Positions 12,142 through 26,417 are shown, counted from the stretch's first letter. The stretch is 64,000 nucleotides of DNA from Octopus sinensis (GCF_006345805.1 NC_042998.1:114824001-114888000); one strand, 5' to 3'. A program made the numbers and translations. Notes: generated by a model from the sequence alone, not told the origin.

Positions 12142-13689
12142 TACATATGTATGGCAGGTTAATATGTATGGATATATCTAGGTATGTGTATATGTGTGTG
12201 AACGTGCGCGTGTGTGTTTGTGTGAATGTTTATCCTTCTATATTTTACATGTTGCCTATTATTGCATGAACGCCTCCAGTGAAGAATCTTGTATAATAGC
12301 TCCATTGAGAACGTCAGATCGGCATTTTCTATTCGGAAATTAGCAAAGAAAGATTTAGCTGATTGGGAAAATCTCTCTATATTGATGCCATTCCAAATCG
12401 ATATTTCTAAACAAACGGAACGAGGTGTTAATAGAACGGTTATTTTCGTTTCATTAAAGGATATTATTCGATTCACGCAACGAGAAACAGTTTACAAAGA
12501 AGTGTTTAAAAAAAGAGCTGCTTATACATATACACTCCTACACATGAATACTCACACACAAACACGTGTGCAAACACATGAATGCACGTATACATACTGG
12601 CAAACATATTTTAATAGACGTGTATACTCACACTCTATATAGACACATATACAAAGTGTTGTGTTAGATATATTTATGTATAGCCAGCTTTTAGAGTTAT
12701 AGAAGGTAACTTTTGGAAATCAAGTCTGCGGTTGTTGGTGTTGACTGAATGAAGACGCTGAAATGTATCAATGGTTGCTGATCCGCATAACTTGAAAAGC
12801 AATAAAGAAAGCAAAAAGGAAAACGAAGAAAGGAGAGAAATAAGAAGAAAAGGAAGAATGGTAATTCATCCAGTTCTGCCCACTACATAATTACTTGCTT
12901 AGATATTAATTGTATTCTGCATATTTAACTTATAAGCATGAGAAATAATCCGAACAAACATGGGCACAAGATACTTCCTTCCAAAATAAATACACAGGAA
13001 ATGACTCATCAACGATATATCCAATAATTAGTCTCTTTATTCAATAGAAACACTTTCTCTTCTTTATCCTTTTTTTTAAATATTTTAATTTGGATTATAT
13101 TTATTTATTTTGTTACACTTAGCTTTCCTTAAAACATACATGCTTTCAAAACGTCTATAGCTATGTGGTTAAGAGATTTGTATCGTAACTACGTTCCCGT
13201 GCGTTCGATTTTCAAAACCTTGCATATGGATTTTGTTAATCTGAAATTGTGTGGATACTCGTCTGGTTGATTATATGATATATTGCATATTAATCTTAAT
13301 TTGTCAACTGGTCTAATAACAGCGTCTTAGCAGTGGATGGCTTTAAATGATTCCACTCCATTAGAAGCACTTAAATCATGCATCCAGCCTCATCATAACC
13401 GATAATGCCTTGAGTAAAATTTCGAGCACTGTATTTCTCCATCTGAAAGAGCTTTAATAAATATATTCTCATTTGATAACATGCGCTACATTTATTCCAG
13501 TAAACAGAGAATTCTGGGATGTAATCGTAAGATTGATACTGCTTAGTCCTTCTATTTTATAGGTTGCGATTTGTTTTTCACATTATGAATATAGGTGTGT
13601 ATGTATGTATGTATGTATGTATGTATGTATGTATGTATGTATGTATGTATGTATGAATGTATGTATGTATACATACGTACGTACAAATA

Positions 13690-13993
13690 TAACATCTTGG
13701 ACTCTCCTGTTGTTACACGACGTATAAAGTTTCAGCTATTTCTTGCTGAACAACCACACAGATTATTTGTTTATACTGATCAAATGTTGGTGCACACATA
13801 AAATCCCTCCCTCCATCAAATCGACTTTACCTACACAGGTGCACCATGGGCCACATGTTACAAGACGAAATTATCGCAGAGCAACGCGAAATGAAGTATT
13901 TAACTCAAGAACACAACGCAATGCCCGGTCTGGGATCAAACCCACGATCTTGCAATCGTGAGTGCAACACCATAACCACTAAGCCATGCACTC
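13690..13993 (-). mobile_element. tRNA-derived SINE (CORE-like central domain)
   Basis: Reverse complement starts gcatggcttagtggttatggtgttgcactcacgattgcaagatcgtgggtttgatccc (A and B boxes), followed by gcgttgtgttcttgagttaaatacttcatttc. Confidence 0.7.
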
Positions 13994-14834
13994 TCTCGTG
14001 ACCCCCCCCATATATATATATATATATATATATATGAAAATATGAGTGTCTGTAAAAGTAAGTTTCTTTGCTTGGATTTGTATTTAGTTCTTAACGCTCT
14101 TGGTACCTGTTAATAGCATCCTGAAGGAGCGGCAATTGGCACCAAAATGCACACAAAGAAATAAAAGTTTGCAGTGTGCACGAAACTGCAGCACAAAAAT
14201 ATGTAGGTGAAGAAATGGAAAGACATGATTCAAAGCAGAATAAAACTGGATATATAAATTTCCGCTCTCCCAATTGTGTGTGTATATATATTATATTTAA
14301 AAGGAGAATTCATGTGGGTCCAAAAATTTAGAAAAATAATACATATACTCACCCATAAAACCTGTGTATGCCAATTATTGAAATATATTTAACGTAACAA
14401 TCATTAAAATATAAAAATATATCTAAAAATTACAGATACATAAATATATCAAAATATAATAGACATATATGGACAGAAAAACTATATAGATTTATAAAAA
14501 TATACTAGCATCTTAAAAGGTTTATATTAAAGACATTGTCCTACTTACTGATTAAGAGCTTCGTTCAAAAGTATTCAGACTATATCAAAAAGTAAAAGTG
14601 TAAATCCTCACGAAAAGGTGAATAAAGAAATGTTTAAGCATCCACATGGAAGGTAAAGTTTCCAATGATTAGATAAATGTACTTTGAAGATTTATGCGGT
14701 GATACGGTCGGTTCAACGGTACAGTAATCCAATCAAATAAAGGATGTTGCTATCCAAATTTTAGATAATGCCTCTTTCATGAAGGAGAATGTATTTGTTA
14801 AGGATTCACATCCCATATACTCCTTTTAAACATG

Positions 14835-14876
<42 letters not shown>

Positions 14877-16210
14877 GAAATGAGGTACTCAGAATCTGGA
14901 TGGTTTTATATTTACAGATATTTATTAATATGTCACATGCTTTTATAAATCATATAATAGCGCTTGCGTCCACTATAGTGGAGTCGTCAGATTGAACTTT
15001 TTCAGGAATTTTCTGTCTTTTTATAGTATTATCGAGCGTGTAGGAATGGAAGGAGGAGTGAAAGAAGAAAAAATGTGTTGACATCTTTGCAACTGCTCAG
15101 TCTTTCAATAGTAAATGATTCTTTGCTTTTAGAAATGGCAAACCCACACACATATAAATGCACACCCACACACTCACACACAAGCACACACACAGACGCA
15201 CGCATGCTCACACACAGAGAGACGCACACGTGCATATGGACACACACATATAATATATATATATATATATATTAGAGAAGAACCACTATATATGTATATA
15301 CTGGGTGCGTAAAATATTTGATGACAGATTTTATGTTTATAAAATAAGACTAGCTTTAGGTGACCCGCTCTACGCGCAGGTAAGAGTGTGGTTGTTACTT
15401 TCTCTTGCTTCCTTTCTGCTTTTTATCACCACATTCTCCCTCTTTGTTTCTCTCTCCTTTATCTCTCACTTTCCCACCCTCTTACTCTTCATTTCTCTCG
15501 CACTCTCCCTAGCTTTCTCTTACTCTCTATCTTTCTCTCTCCCATTCATAAACAACAAAAGATCTTGAGTAAGTTGAGAAAGGAAATATTTTGAAAGATC
15601 AATCATAAATATCAGGCAGAGACAACGGAAAGATCTGCTTCAAGGCAGACAGCAAAACACTAACATTTAAAAGGGACATAGGAACTTGCGAGCTGAATGA
15701 AAATAAAAAAATATTGGAAACCAAAGTTCGAAGGGATAGAATCTGAGGATAGTAGAGTCACCATGGCTGGCATTTCTTAACGACGGACAGCCGTGTAGTG
15801 GCGGTTTAAAGGCTGGCGTAAAATTTTGAACTTGATGTAAAAAAAATTCCTAAACACCAAGTTTTGAAGTGATTCTTCCTCACGACAGCAGACTCCCCAT
15901 GGCAAGCATTCAAAACTTCTTCATCATGAACGGCAACACATTGACGATTTAAAGGCTGTAACAGAAAATTCCTAAACCCCCGCTCCTGTAAATTTTAATC
16001 TCCTTCCAGCCCCATTTAGACCTCTTTTCACATTTTGGTTAATATAACCTGATTTCATTCGGGTCTACTCGGGCCACATTTTATAAGATGAGGAATTTTG
16101 TCCTAGAGGTCACGCCTTTCATTTGAGAAAAAATAGTTGCCATACAAACTCGCCAGCACTTTTAACATAGGTGTGCATATTTTCAGTTCAACCAACCACA
16201 TAATGCACAC

Positions 16211-16281
<71 letters not shown>

Positions 16282-16974
16282 GTGTGTGTGTGTGTGTGTG
16301 TGTGTGTACGCATTATATATATATACAAATGTATTCAAATTATATATAGATACAGATATATACACTTTGTATATATACATTATATATGCATATTTATATA
16401 TAGAACACACACAGACACATATAAATTAACCCAATAAATATATGATTCATAATATTTGTTCTCATGATTGTGTGGTGGTGGTGGCGATAATAAAACTTTC
16501 TATGACTGCAGACAGACATACAGAGAGAGAAAGAGAGTCAGAGAGAGGCGGTGAGGGAAAGAGGCACAGCGCTGGCGAAGGCGGCGGGAGGAAAGATAGT
16601 AGTATCTGTCAAATGTCGTTATTGAGAGAAAATGATGGGAAGGGAGGAAACAGAGAGAGACGGAGGAAGACATGCAGATAAGAGAATGAGAGGAGACTTG
16701 TCAAAGTGTGCGTTTTTTGCTCAGTGACGACACTTTTTAAGATACGGATTTTTAACCTAGCCCACTAACAACCTCACTTCATTTTACATGTCCCTGTCAA
16801 TCTTCGAGTCAATCCGACGAGATCTAATGCCCTTTAACCCGTTCCAATGGCAAAACCAGACAAACAAACTTTTCGCATTTCAGATTTATAGATATTGATT
16901 GATATATAATAATAGATAATAACTTTAATTAGCAAAAAATGCTATCAGGATAAAAATAAACCTTCAAATTTTAT

Positions 16975-18010
16975 AATGTTATTCAATAAAGCCACCTTCG
17001 GCTTCAAAAAGTTCTATATAAGATCTCAATCATCTAAATGCTCGAATCAAGCGGTCCTGGTTCATTTTGGATATTACTCTGACAATAGCAGCTTTCAAAG
17101 TATCTTTGATGTTATGGGCGTGTTCATTGACTTCTCTCTCTCCGCAACTATCCACACGTAATATTCCAATGGATTGAGATCTGGGGAATTAGAAGTCCAA
17201 ATGTTAGGAGTTGTGTGATCATGAAAATTTTCAGTCATTCATTCCTGTGTTATTAGAGCCATGTGTGACAGTGCAGAGTCTTATTGAAACACATATGGCC
17301 TTTCCTGCGTACACTGTCTATCAATAATTTCCAGCACCACAATGTAGGCGGCAGAGTTAACTCTAAGGCCTAGTGGCAAGAAGTAAGGAGGCGCTACATG
17401 ACCTTCATTGCTCACAACCCCCAAAACTATGACAATTGCATGAAATTTTCTATGTATAACACTTGGAACTTCAGAATGGTCTGCACATAACCACCTGTCA
17501 TTTCGACTGTCAACTCTTTAATCTTGGTCGAAGTTTTTCTCATTTGAGAGAAACCAAATGAATTCTTTTTCTGTTGGATTTTTCAGTTTGTTTAAGAACT
17601 TTTTAGTTCTGATGTAGTGATTTTCTTTTGCTTTCTCTGACAAATTGACCTTTTCTCACCACATATGACTTATATCTAATGTCTTCGTGGACAACATTTG
17701 TGACTGTTCCTTCTGACACATGGAGATCTGTTGCAATTGACCTCATGGATTTTATGGGATTGTAACCAATAGTCTGTTGAACTTGCTGGATAAATTCAGG
17801 TGTTCTGATGATTTCAGAACGTTTAGAACGCTTTTTATGCTTTGATACTGGTGATACCTTTCTATCTTCAGTCTCTAGCTCCTTACAAACTTTGTAGACG
17901 AAAGTTCTGGCAACTTTTGAAAATCGAGATATTTCTAAATCGCTATCCTCGGCCTTTATATTCACAATAACAGCATGTCTCTTCATTTCTTGAGTAAGCT
18001 GAGGGTCTGC
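16975..18010 (-). pseudogene. DD37D (maT)-type Tc1/mariner transposase pseudogene
   Basis: HTH region IRTPEFIQQVQQTI..NPIKSMRSIATDLHVSEGTV; WFLSNEKNFDQD; FQ*DSA; SPDLNPLEYYVW with 37 residues between D2 and the third acidic residue; ends GGFIE*. Confidence 0.9.
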
Positions 18011-18110
18011 TATTATTATTTTCTGAAGCAAAGATGATACAGAGTTAGCAAAAAATGCAGCAATGACCCAGAAAGGGTATGTCCTCGAATACCTTACGAA
18101 CCATGCATAT

Positions 18111-18502
18111 TCTTTTATTCTTTTATTTGTTTCAGTAATTTGACTGCGGCCATGTTGAAGCACCGCCTTTAATCGAGAAAATCGAACCCAGGACTTATTC
18201 TTTGTAAGCCTAGCACTTATTCAACCGGGCTCTTTTGCTGAACTGCTAAGTTATGTGGACGTAAACACAGCAGCATCGGTTGTCAAGCGATTTTAGGAAA
18301 CAAACACAGACACACAAACATAAACACACATGCATATATATACGGTGGTCCTCTTTCAATTTCCGTCTACCAAATTCATTCACAAGTCTTTGGTTGGCCC
18401 GAGGCTATAGTAGAAGACACTTGCTCAAGGTGCCACGCAGTGGGCCTGAACCCGAAACCATGTGGTTGGTAAGCAATCTACTTACCACAAGGCCACTCCT
18501 GT
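18111..18502 (-). mobile_element. Near full-length tRNA-derived SINE, dominant family
   Basis: Minus-strand head aggagtggccttgtggtaagtagattgcttaccaaccacatggtttcgggttcaggccc, internal (CA/TA) tract and the shared tail. Confidence 0.85.
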
Positions 18503-18805
18503 GACACACACATGTATATGTATCTCTTCGATCAAGAAAGTATTTATACATTGCTCCCTTACTAATTTTGACTATTCTCTGTGTTCGTATGCATAGTGAC
18601 ATACGAATTCCATGTAATATTATATTAGAATTATATCGAAGCATTAAGTATTTTCTAATGGATTTGGAATTTGATTTAGATAAAAAAAAAATGTATGGTA
18701 ACATTTGGAATCTTTTCTTTGATATTACTGTTCACAAAAATCTCTGAATCCGTACAACTGGACGGGATGATCATGTTTAGATCCCTTGAAAATAAACCCT
18801 GATTC

Positions 18806-18854
<49 letters not shown>

Positions 18855-19094
18855 CGAGATGCATGTTTAACAAAAACTTCCTTTCTAATTCTTTTATAAG
18901 GGTATGTCTACTGACATAAGAAAGAGAAGATTTCAAAGTAAGAACGCTAGCATTCTTAGGAATGCCATAATGATAACAAAATGTTGATACTTTGTATATT
19001 TTAGTGCATGTACTGAGTCTGCAAAAGTGCCTGTTTTTGCAGAAATTTCGCAAAATTTTGTAACGTAACGAATACTTACAAATGAAAAATAAAT

Positions 19095-19638
19095 CAAAAA
19101 TTGCTTGTAGGAGTTTAATTTTGTTTGGTCTCACTGAGATAGTTGTTGCAACAAAATTTGTAATAAAGTAGCTCGTTTAAAATTGTTTCAAAACGATTTT
19201 TGTTAGGGATTTTGAAAAAAGCTCATAATATTTGCGTGCTTTATTAGAGAATTTCACCTGTAAATGTGTAAAAGCTAATAGCATGGAAATTTATTAACAT
19301 ACTTCTCTGATACAGCTGTATCTGAATTGAAAGTATAACTCGCTAATACGGCAAGTGCCACTTCGATATTACATATAATCTGTATGTCTGATTTTACAGA
19401 ACTGTTGTCTCAACGATTTAAAAATTTCTTTTTTGTTGCAAAAGCAAAAATTGCTTTTAGGAGTTTAATTTTGCTTGGTTTCACTGAGACAGTTGTTGCA
19501 ACAAATTTTGTAATAAAGTAGCAACGTCTAAAATTGTTCCAAAAGGATTCTTGTTAGGGACTAAAACATTTCATAATATTTGCGTCCGTTATTAGAGAAT
19601 TTCACCAGTAAATGTGCAAACGCTAATAGAATGGAAAT
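19095..19638. repeat. Diverged direct repeat, two ~195-bp units (19095-19290 and 19445-19638), period 350 bp
   Basis: caaaaattgctt.taggagtttaattttg.ttggt.tcactgaga.agttgttgcaacaaa...atggaaat occurs twice, roughly 80% identical by eye. Confidence 0.85.
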
Positions 19639-19899
19639 GATGTATACAGAAGACGTGAATAAAAATGTGATATTCTCATTGGTTAATTAGTACAATGGCA
19701 GTTGACTCAATGGAAGAGAGAGAGTGTGAGAGAGAATGAAAAAGTAAAAGAGTGTATTCTTAGACATAAAACAACAAAATAATACAAGAGATACTAACTC
19801 ACAAGGAGGTTCTAATGTAATGTAAATCTACAATAAAACAAAGAGTTCGAATTCAACGGAAAACGAATTCATCAAAATTTCGGTAAAAGCAAGCAAGAA

Positions 19900-20155
19900 A
19901 ATTTATTCTGTGTAACAGTAAGAGGAGTAGAAAAATTTTGGAGAGAAGCATGGACGGAAAAGTTTCACCAAAGACGAGATTGTTCCAGCGACTGAACAAG
20001 CGAGTACAATAAACATGGCGTAGTTGAGACAAGATAAGAAATGAAAAACTAGAAAGCACTAGGAAGTGATAAAGCTCAAATTTCTGGATAAAAAATTTGA
20101 CAGACATACACAATATCTTGACAGAAGTTTTTAGTGAGTTACCAAGATCAGAATG
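19900..20155 (+). mobile_element. Decayed R4-type LINE fragment (RT domain 0)
   Basis: KALGSDK followed, after a frameshift, by NFWIKNLTDIHNILTEVFSEL (KAPG.D..NFWIK.L..IH motif). Confidence 0.55.
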
Positions 20156-20821
20156 TGTTAGAAGTTTTCTATAATTAGAATTATGGCATGATTTACACTA
20201 GTATTTACTCAACTACTATTTAATCAACAGGTATTTACTGAATTGTTTAAATAGCTACACAAAAAAGAAGTCTTTAATAATTATTCATATCATTATAAAA
20301 GATTTGTTTTATAAAGAAAACATTAAATTATCAAATGTAAATATAAATACTAATTTAATTATGAAAATCAATAATTAATTAAAATTTTGGAAAGGAAATA
20401 TAATACTAATAGTTACAAGAAATGAGCAAAGCACCTATATCTACGTTCCGGTTTCCGGTTTCATTTGAGTCAAGCTGAAATAACAAGCGGTTGTTAAGCT
20501 AATATAAAAATAGTAACATGGGGCATCAAAAAAAAAAAACCCAGAAAAATTCTAAAGAGCGAGGCTAGAGTTTACGAAGACCATCTCATAAGACATTAGC
20601 CACATTGAATCAGCATTCATCTTTCATTTAACTTTTACGCGTCTCATTCTTGGACTGCAGCATTGAACGGTTTATTCCAACGAATCTATCCCAGAACATT
20701 TTTTTAAAAGTCTGATACGTTTTCTATGGTTCTGTTTTACCTAACCGATACGTTACAGGAGTGTAAACAAACCAACACAGGTTCTCAAGCGGTGGTGAAT
20801 GACAAAGACATACACACACAC

Positions 20822-20850
20822 ATCTATCTATCTATCTATCTATCTATCTA

Positions 20851-20896
<46 letters not shown>

Positions 20897-20941
20897 GCTA
20901 GCTAGATAGATAGCTAGCTATCTATCAAGCTATCTGACTGC

Positions 20942-20997
<56 letters not shown>

Positions 20998-21010
20998 GTA
21001 TCTATCTATG

Positions 21011-21058
<48 letters not shown>
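20822..21058. repeat. (TATC)n tetranucleotide array with an internal inverted TAGC patch (~20891-20925)
   Basis: Seen directly in the sequence. Confidence 0.95.
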
Positions 21059-21429
21059 AAAACTATCCAACCGATCTTGATGAGTGTGTCTGGGTTTTTG
21101 TGACTACGTATTGTGTCTGTATGTATAAATGTTTGTGTCCTTATATGTCCTTCTCTGAAGTGTGTGTGTATATCGCCACGTGTTTCAGTTTTCATTTGCG
21201 TATATATTTTTGCATGTGTGCTTGTCTGTTCATATTAATTATGTACCTATCCGTCTGTATGTCTATCTGTTTACATTCATATCCATTTACCTCCATACAT
21301 ATGCATATGTATATACGTATACGTATACATACACACACACACACACATACATGCATCTAAATAACAGCCTACTAACTATTCTACCTCTCTATATATATAA
21401 ACTATGGGTATGGAGACATGATTACCTAC

Positions 21430-21965
21430 TCCGTATAATTCCTATTTAGTACTGGAAATGTTTCATTTATGAGGAAGAACTCATGTATTTGTCTGAGTGT
21501 TGGGTCCTTTTGGTGCTTGGATAAAATGTAGATGTCAAGTTAACTCAGATTGCCTTCATGCTGGTCCTTGGAATGTTGGTAGAGTATGCAGTACTGTTTT
21601 AGGCGTCATATTGTCTCAAATATTCATTTAGTCTTTTCGCAATGCTCCTATGTATGTTATGTTCTTGTCTTTACAAGCCGCTTATGCTATAGACTACATT
21701 TTTAGTATGCCAGGGTTAATCCTACATACCATGAAATTAACATTGGTGCATATGGTATTCTCAAAGGGGTATTTCCTACATTGTTGTGATCTGATGGAGT
21801 TCCCTGGCTTTTCAGCAATCTTAATGTTGAGTTTAGTCTCCTTCAGACCTTTCCTAAATGTACAGGCTAGTTCTCCATGGGCCGTGGCCTCTAAAATCAT
21901 CGTGGTATTTGTCGGTTGTGTACCACGTCTTCACCCTGTTTGCTTTGCCAGAAGCTCTACGTATT
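21430..21965 (-). mobile_element. PLE linker/GIY-YIG endonuclease fragment (Cys-rich linker lineage)
   Basis: EATAHGELACTFRK...LNIKIAEKPGNSIRSQQC..YPF...C....VCRINP, then CKDKNITYIG. Confidence 0.65.
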
Positions 21966-22476
21966 GTAATCCAGTCTTAGATTTATGGATAAATGGATTT
22001 GAATGTAAACAGATAGACGTACAGACGGATAGGTACAAGGGTAGTATGAACAGACAAGCACACATACACAGATACATTTGCAAATGAAGACTGAAACATA
22101 TGACCATATACCCACACACCCACATGCAAACACACACATACACACATACATAAAAAGACACAAACACTTGAATATGAAAACTACATACATACAAACATAC
22201 ATACATACATACATACATACATACATACGCACACATATACATTCATACACACACTTACATACATACATACATGAATGTGTATGCGCAAACACACTGACCC
22301 ACACAGATGCACACAAACGAATAAAAAAAGCGCAGCTTGGATAACAGACTATTTAAAAGTGTGCAAGATGCAACGAAAATTGTAGGAAAAGTAAATGAGT
22401 AAATGAGTGGAAATTTTACCGGTGAATGTGTTAAACAATAAGGCACTAAAAGAGGATGGCTCTTCCCAGGCACAAC

Positions 22477-22522
<46 letters not shown>

Positions 22523-22531
22523 ATATATATA

Positions 22532-22844
22532 TACGAGAAGATAAAGGGTGTAAATAACGAGGGGTAAACTCGTCGTTTTCGCTCGTATGCTTTTAATTTG
22601 ATTAGATAATAAGGAAGGAGGAAGTAATGATGACGGTAGCATTTAAGATCGTTTCAATTTACCAATCATTGTACCAATCTATTTTTCGCATTCTGAAGAG
22701 ATTCACTAAAACTTGTAAATCGAAACGATCGTAAATGCTACCTTCATTATTGCTTCCTCCTTCTTTGTTATCTAATTAAATTAAAGGCATACCAGTGAGA
22801 ACGACGAGTTTCCCCTTGTTATTTACATACATTTTCTTCTTGTA
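22532..22844. mobile_element. MITE with ~130-bp imperfect terminal inverted repeats and TA ends
   Basis: The left end tacgagaagataaagggtgtaaataacgaggggtaaactcgtcgtt pairs with the right end aacgacgagtttccccttgttatttacatacattttcttcttgta. The spacer is ~50 bp. Confidence 0.8.
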
Positions 22845-23202
22845 TATAACATAAACTCTGCTCTACCAACCGAACTACCTACTACCGTACAACTTTATAA
22901 AAGACTGTACCTACCCAGGTAATAACCAGGAGCGATTTTGGATTTAATTATCCCTTAGAGGTATTAAACTCCTCTAACTGATATCTATACTATATACATA
23001 TATACATATATGGCATAGTTTAGTTTCTGTCAATTTATTCCACGCAAAAGATTTTGGTCTGCTCGAGGTTATCATAGAATACATTTTCTCCAGATGCCAC
23101 GCAGTGGGACTTAAACTTAAACCCTGTAAATGAGAAGAATTTTTTTCACTACACAATGGCGAAGCAAATTTTAAAAGGTAGCATTTAAAATAGATGTGTG
23201 CA

Positions 23203-23462
23203 GGCGCAATGGCCCAGTGGTTAGGGCAGCAGACTCGTGGTAGGAGGATCGCGGTTTCGATTCCTAGACCGGGCGTTGTGTGTGTTTATTGAGCGAAAAC
23301 ACCTAAAAGCTCCACGAGACTCCGGCAGGGGGTGGTGACGACTCCTGTTGTACTCTTTCGCCCCAACTTTTTCTCACTCTTTCTTCCTGTTTCTTGAGTA
23401 ACGCTGCGATAGACTGGCATCCCGTCCAGTTGTGGGGAACACATACACCATAGAAATCGGGA
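23203..23462 (+). mobile_element. tRNA-derived SINE
   Basis: ggcgcaatggcccagtggttagggcagcagactc...gcggtttcgattcc head, followed by gcgttgtgtgtgtttattgagc and gatagactggcatcccgtccag. Confidence 0.8.
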
Positions 23463-23799
23463 ATAAATAATAATATAAATGTAAACTCCGAGGAAACAAT
23501 TTATCCTATTGAACATATATTTAGACAATGCAGTTTGACAGTTCAAGAATTACATATTGTGCCAGACTATATGTCCAAGTTACATGCATATTGATGCAAT
23601 ACTTCACTGGCATATTGCAAAGAAAACGGAAGAACTCACGTTATAATGAGTAGGTCTGTTTAGGTAATTTTAAACGAATATATTTGTGTGTGCGTCTGTG
23701 ATGCAAAAAATTCCAGAAGCATTTCATTTTTCAGTCACTTTATTTAACAAAAAAGTAAAATTTCTTAAATTAAAAATTACTAATAATATAGAAAATATA

Positions 23800-24135
23800 A
23801 CACATTAAAGAAGGACCTCCTTCGGTCATAAATGACCATGCAACTACATCTAGAAAGTTCCCCTCTGAGATACAAATTTGGGTATGGTCATTGATCGCCC
23901 AAGCATACCAGCTTTCCCTCTCCATGTCACCGATGTTATCCAAGGAAAAGGCGAAGGCCGATACAGCTTGGCACCAATGACGCTGCAACTCATTTCTACA
24001 GCTGCGCGAACTGGAGCAACGTGGAATAAAGCGTTTGGTCATAAACACAACACACATCCCTGTCCGGAAATCGAACTCAATACCTCATGGTTGTGAGCAT
24101 GGCGCTCTAACCAGTGAGGCATGCGCCTTCACCAT
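23800..24135 (-). mobile_element. tRNA-derived SINE with CORE-like domain and a distinct 3' tail
   Basis: Same family as 33960-34297, in opposite orientation (tail ...catggtcattcatgatcgaagggg). Confidence 0.8.
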
Positions 24136-24363
24136 ACAGCACATTACTACAGCCCTAATGGAAGGAAGCATTTGTGAAATACTAATTGCTCTCTCCGCAC
24201 TTCAAACATACGAACGAAAATGCATTTCTTTAAATGACATTTCATATAATTAATAATTATTATTGTAAGAAAATATTTCAAATCTATCTATATATATATA
24301 AATATACACACGCTATATCTGTACATATACATACGTTTGTGTATACATATACATGTATATGTA

Positions 24364-24437
<74 letters not shown>

Positions 24438-26164
24438 AATATATATTTATATATATATATATATATACATATATATGTATATAGACATGTATGTATGCAT
24501 ATGTACAGTTGTGCATATGTCATATAGAATTTAACAATGCTAGACGCGTTTCTCATATATTTCTGGGAGTATTTTTAATTCAAGAGAAGGAAATCTGCAA
24601 AGACAACAAAAGAGTGACATTTTCAGTTTTATAGCAAATTCACTCAGTGACAATAAAACCACTCTTGATATCTAAGCATTTGGTGACATACTGTAGATTA
24701 CAGACAAAATGGCAGAAAATCAAAAATCAATATATTCGAAAACAAAAAGGACAATGAAGCACTGGATTATTTACCCATTCACATCATAGATTTATTTCAA
24801 AAATAAAAGTCGACGACAGTACTTCACATGTGTCGGTTCGATGGAAAGTAAACTTAACCACGGCAACACTCGATTGCAGGCTGTATGGGGTTTTAATCAA
24901 CATTGTCCGAATTCTAATGTTTCTAGCAATCTACTCTCTAATTGGAGTTGACCTAATATATGCAACACTTTACTGATTTTTACTTATATTTCAATAAATA
25001 AATAAATAAAGTCATCTTGTATTACACTTAATAATTTTAAATAAGTATCTTAGTCCTTAGTCATATTTTTCTTTCTCGACACTCTTCTGGTGTCTATATA
25101 TCGATCGTCATATTGTCCTCCAGATCATTTCTGTCAGAGCTTTCTTATATATATAAACCCATTACAACCTTTTAATGTCATTCTTGTAATTTCTTCGACG
25201 CGTATACTGATCAAAATTAAAAAGGAACAAATTCTCATGGTACATGTATAAGTTCCATTTATTTGTCCCTTTTTAAAATCTTGACTCTCTTATTTCCAAA
25301 ATGAAAATAACAAAACAAATGTATGTGTCTATTATTGATTCTCCGTGTTAAATCTAGTACAACTACAACAACAGTTATAGTTTGGCAAACTTTGAATTCC
25401 AGAGAAAAACAGAAACATAAAATCAATACAGTTTCGTATCATCAACACTTACTCTTGTTCCAAACTATTCCAGAGAATTTGTTTTACAGGTAGAGACCCT
25501 ATCGTAAACGACAGGGAAGAAAATCATTTGAGTAGACACTTTTATTTAGTAGCAGCTGTAAAATTATTTGATAAAACACCGATGGATGAAAGGCAAAATT
25601 CAACTATGGAGAAATTTAATGACAGAAGCCCAAGACTTCGATATAGTTGGTATATAGCAATCTAGCCAGTCTCTATACCATCTGTGCCAAATCCACACAT
25701 GTATCATGACATCAATATATACCACTGTTATTTCAAACACGAATGCCAGCAGTATATTGATGAGAAATCTGGAAGACATACGATGTAGAATTATCTAAAC
25801 AACATCCAAACTATTTCGGTTCTAATTGCCTACAGCAGATTTCCAACTTTATTTCATTATCAGTTATAGAATCTTGTTTAGATTTTGGTTTATTGTCTTC
25901 TGGAAGAAGTGGATAAAATTCTAAATATTTACAATAGAATATATTCTCTTTGAACTGAGGTCAATCAGTATCTTTAATTATTTTTCATAATAATACTATC
26001 AATGGTTTCTTTGGTTTGTAGGGAGCAAGAATATCTAAGGCTGTAAGTCCTTATTCTATATCAAGAGCAAAAACGAACTTGGGGAAACTGTAAATGCTTC
26101 AAACGCTTTTCGGTTCCAGCTATAAGTGATGGTAGGGATAACAAAATGGATGGTACTGATATCG

Positions 26165-26236
<72 letters not shown>

Positions 26237-26239
<3 letters not shown>

Positions 26240-26344
26240 TAGTATATTTTTTATATCGTGCTTTCACTTCACTACCTAGCATAGCTCTGTGTGCCTTGGG
26301 TATGTGCTGTAATTTGTTGTGATGCTCTGATGGTTATTGTATGG

Positions 26345-26352
<8 letters not shown>
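26237..26352 (-). mobile_element. Very short R4/Dong-type 3' end flanked by (TAA)n on both sides
   Basis: Minus strand starts acactttccatacaataa (TLSIQ*), consistent with the R4-type C-terminus ...GTAHILRRTLSIQ*; embedded between (TTA)n tracts. Confidence 0.5.
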
Positions 26353-26408
<56 letters not shown>

Positions 26409-26417
26409 CATTATTAT

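Noticed and set aside
15360-15379. 20-nt plus-strand microexon (tttag|GTGACCCGCTCTACGCGCAG|gtaaga; GDPLYAQ)
   Set aside because: The donor is good but the acceptor tract is weak and no neighbouring exons can be linked. It cannot be supported without RNA data.
15740-15990. Short internal repeats (tttaaaggctg...aaaattcctaaac) with faint transposase-like peptides
   Set aside because: Similarity is too weak to assign by eye.
16500-16750. Purine- and GC-rich stretch as a promoter
   Set aside because: Mostly GA-rich low-complexity sequence; short motifs (TCAGT, TGACG) alone are not evidence.
18676-19134. 152-aa minus-strand ORF
   Set aside because: It runs through a (TAA)n tract and AT-rich sequence and has no recognisable domain.
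25453-25498. 46-bp minus-strand exon-like segment (SLPVKQILWNSLEQ)
   Set aside because: No homology recognised, and its phase does not link directly to the 36-38 kb candidates.
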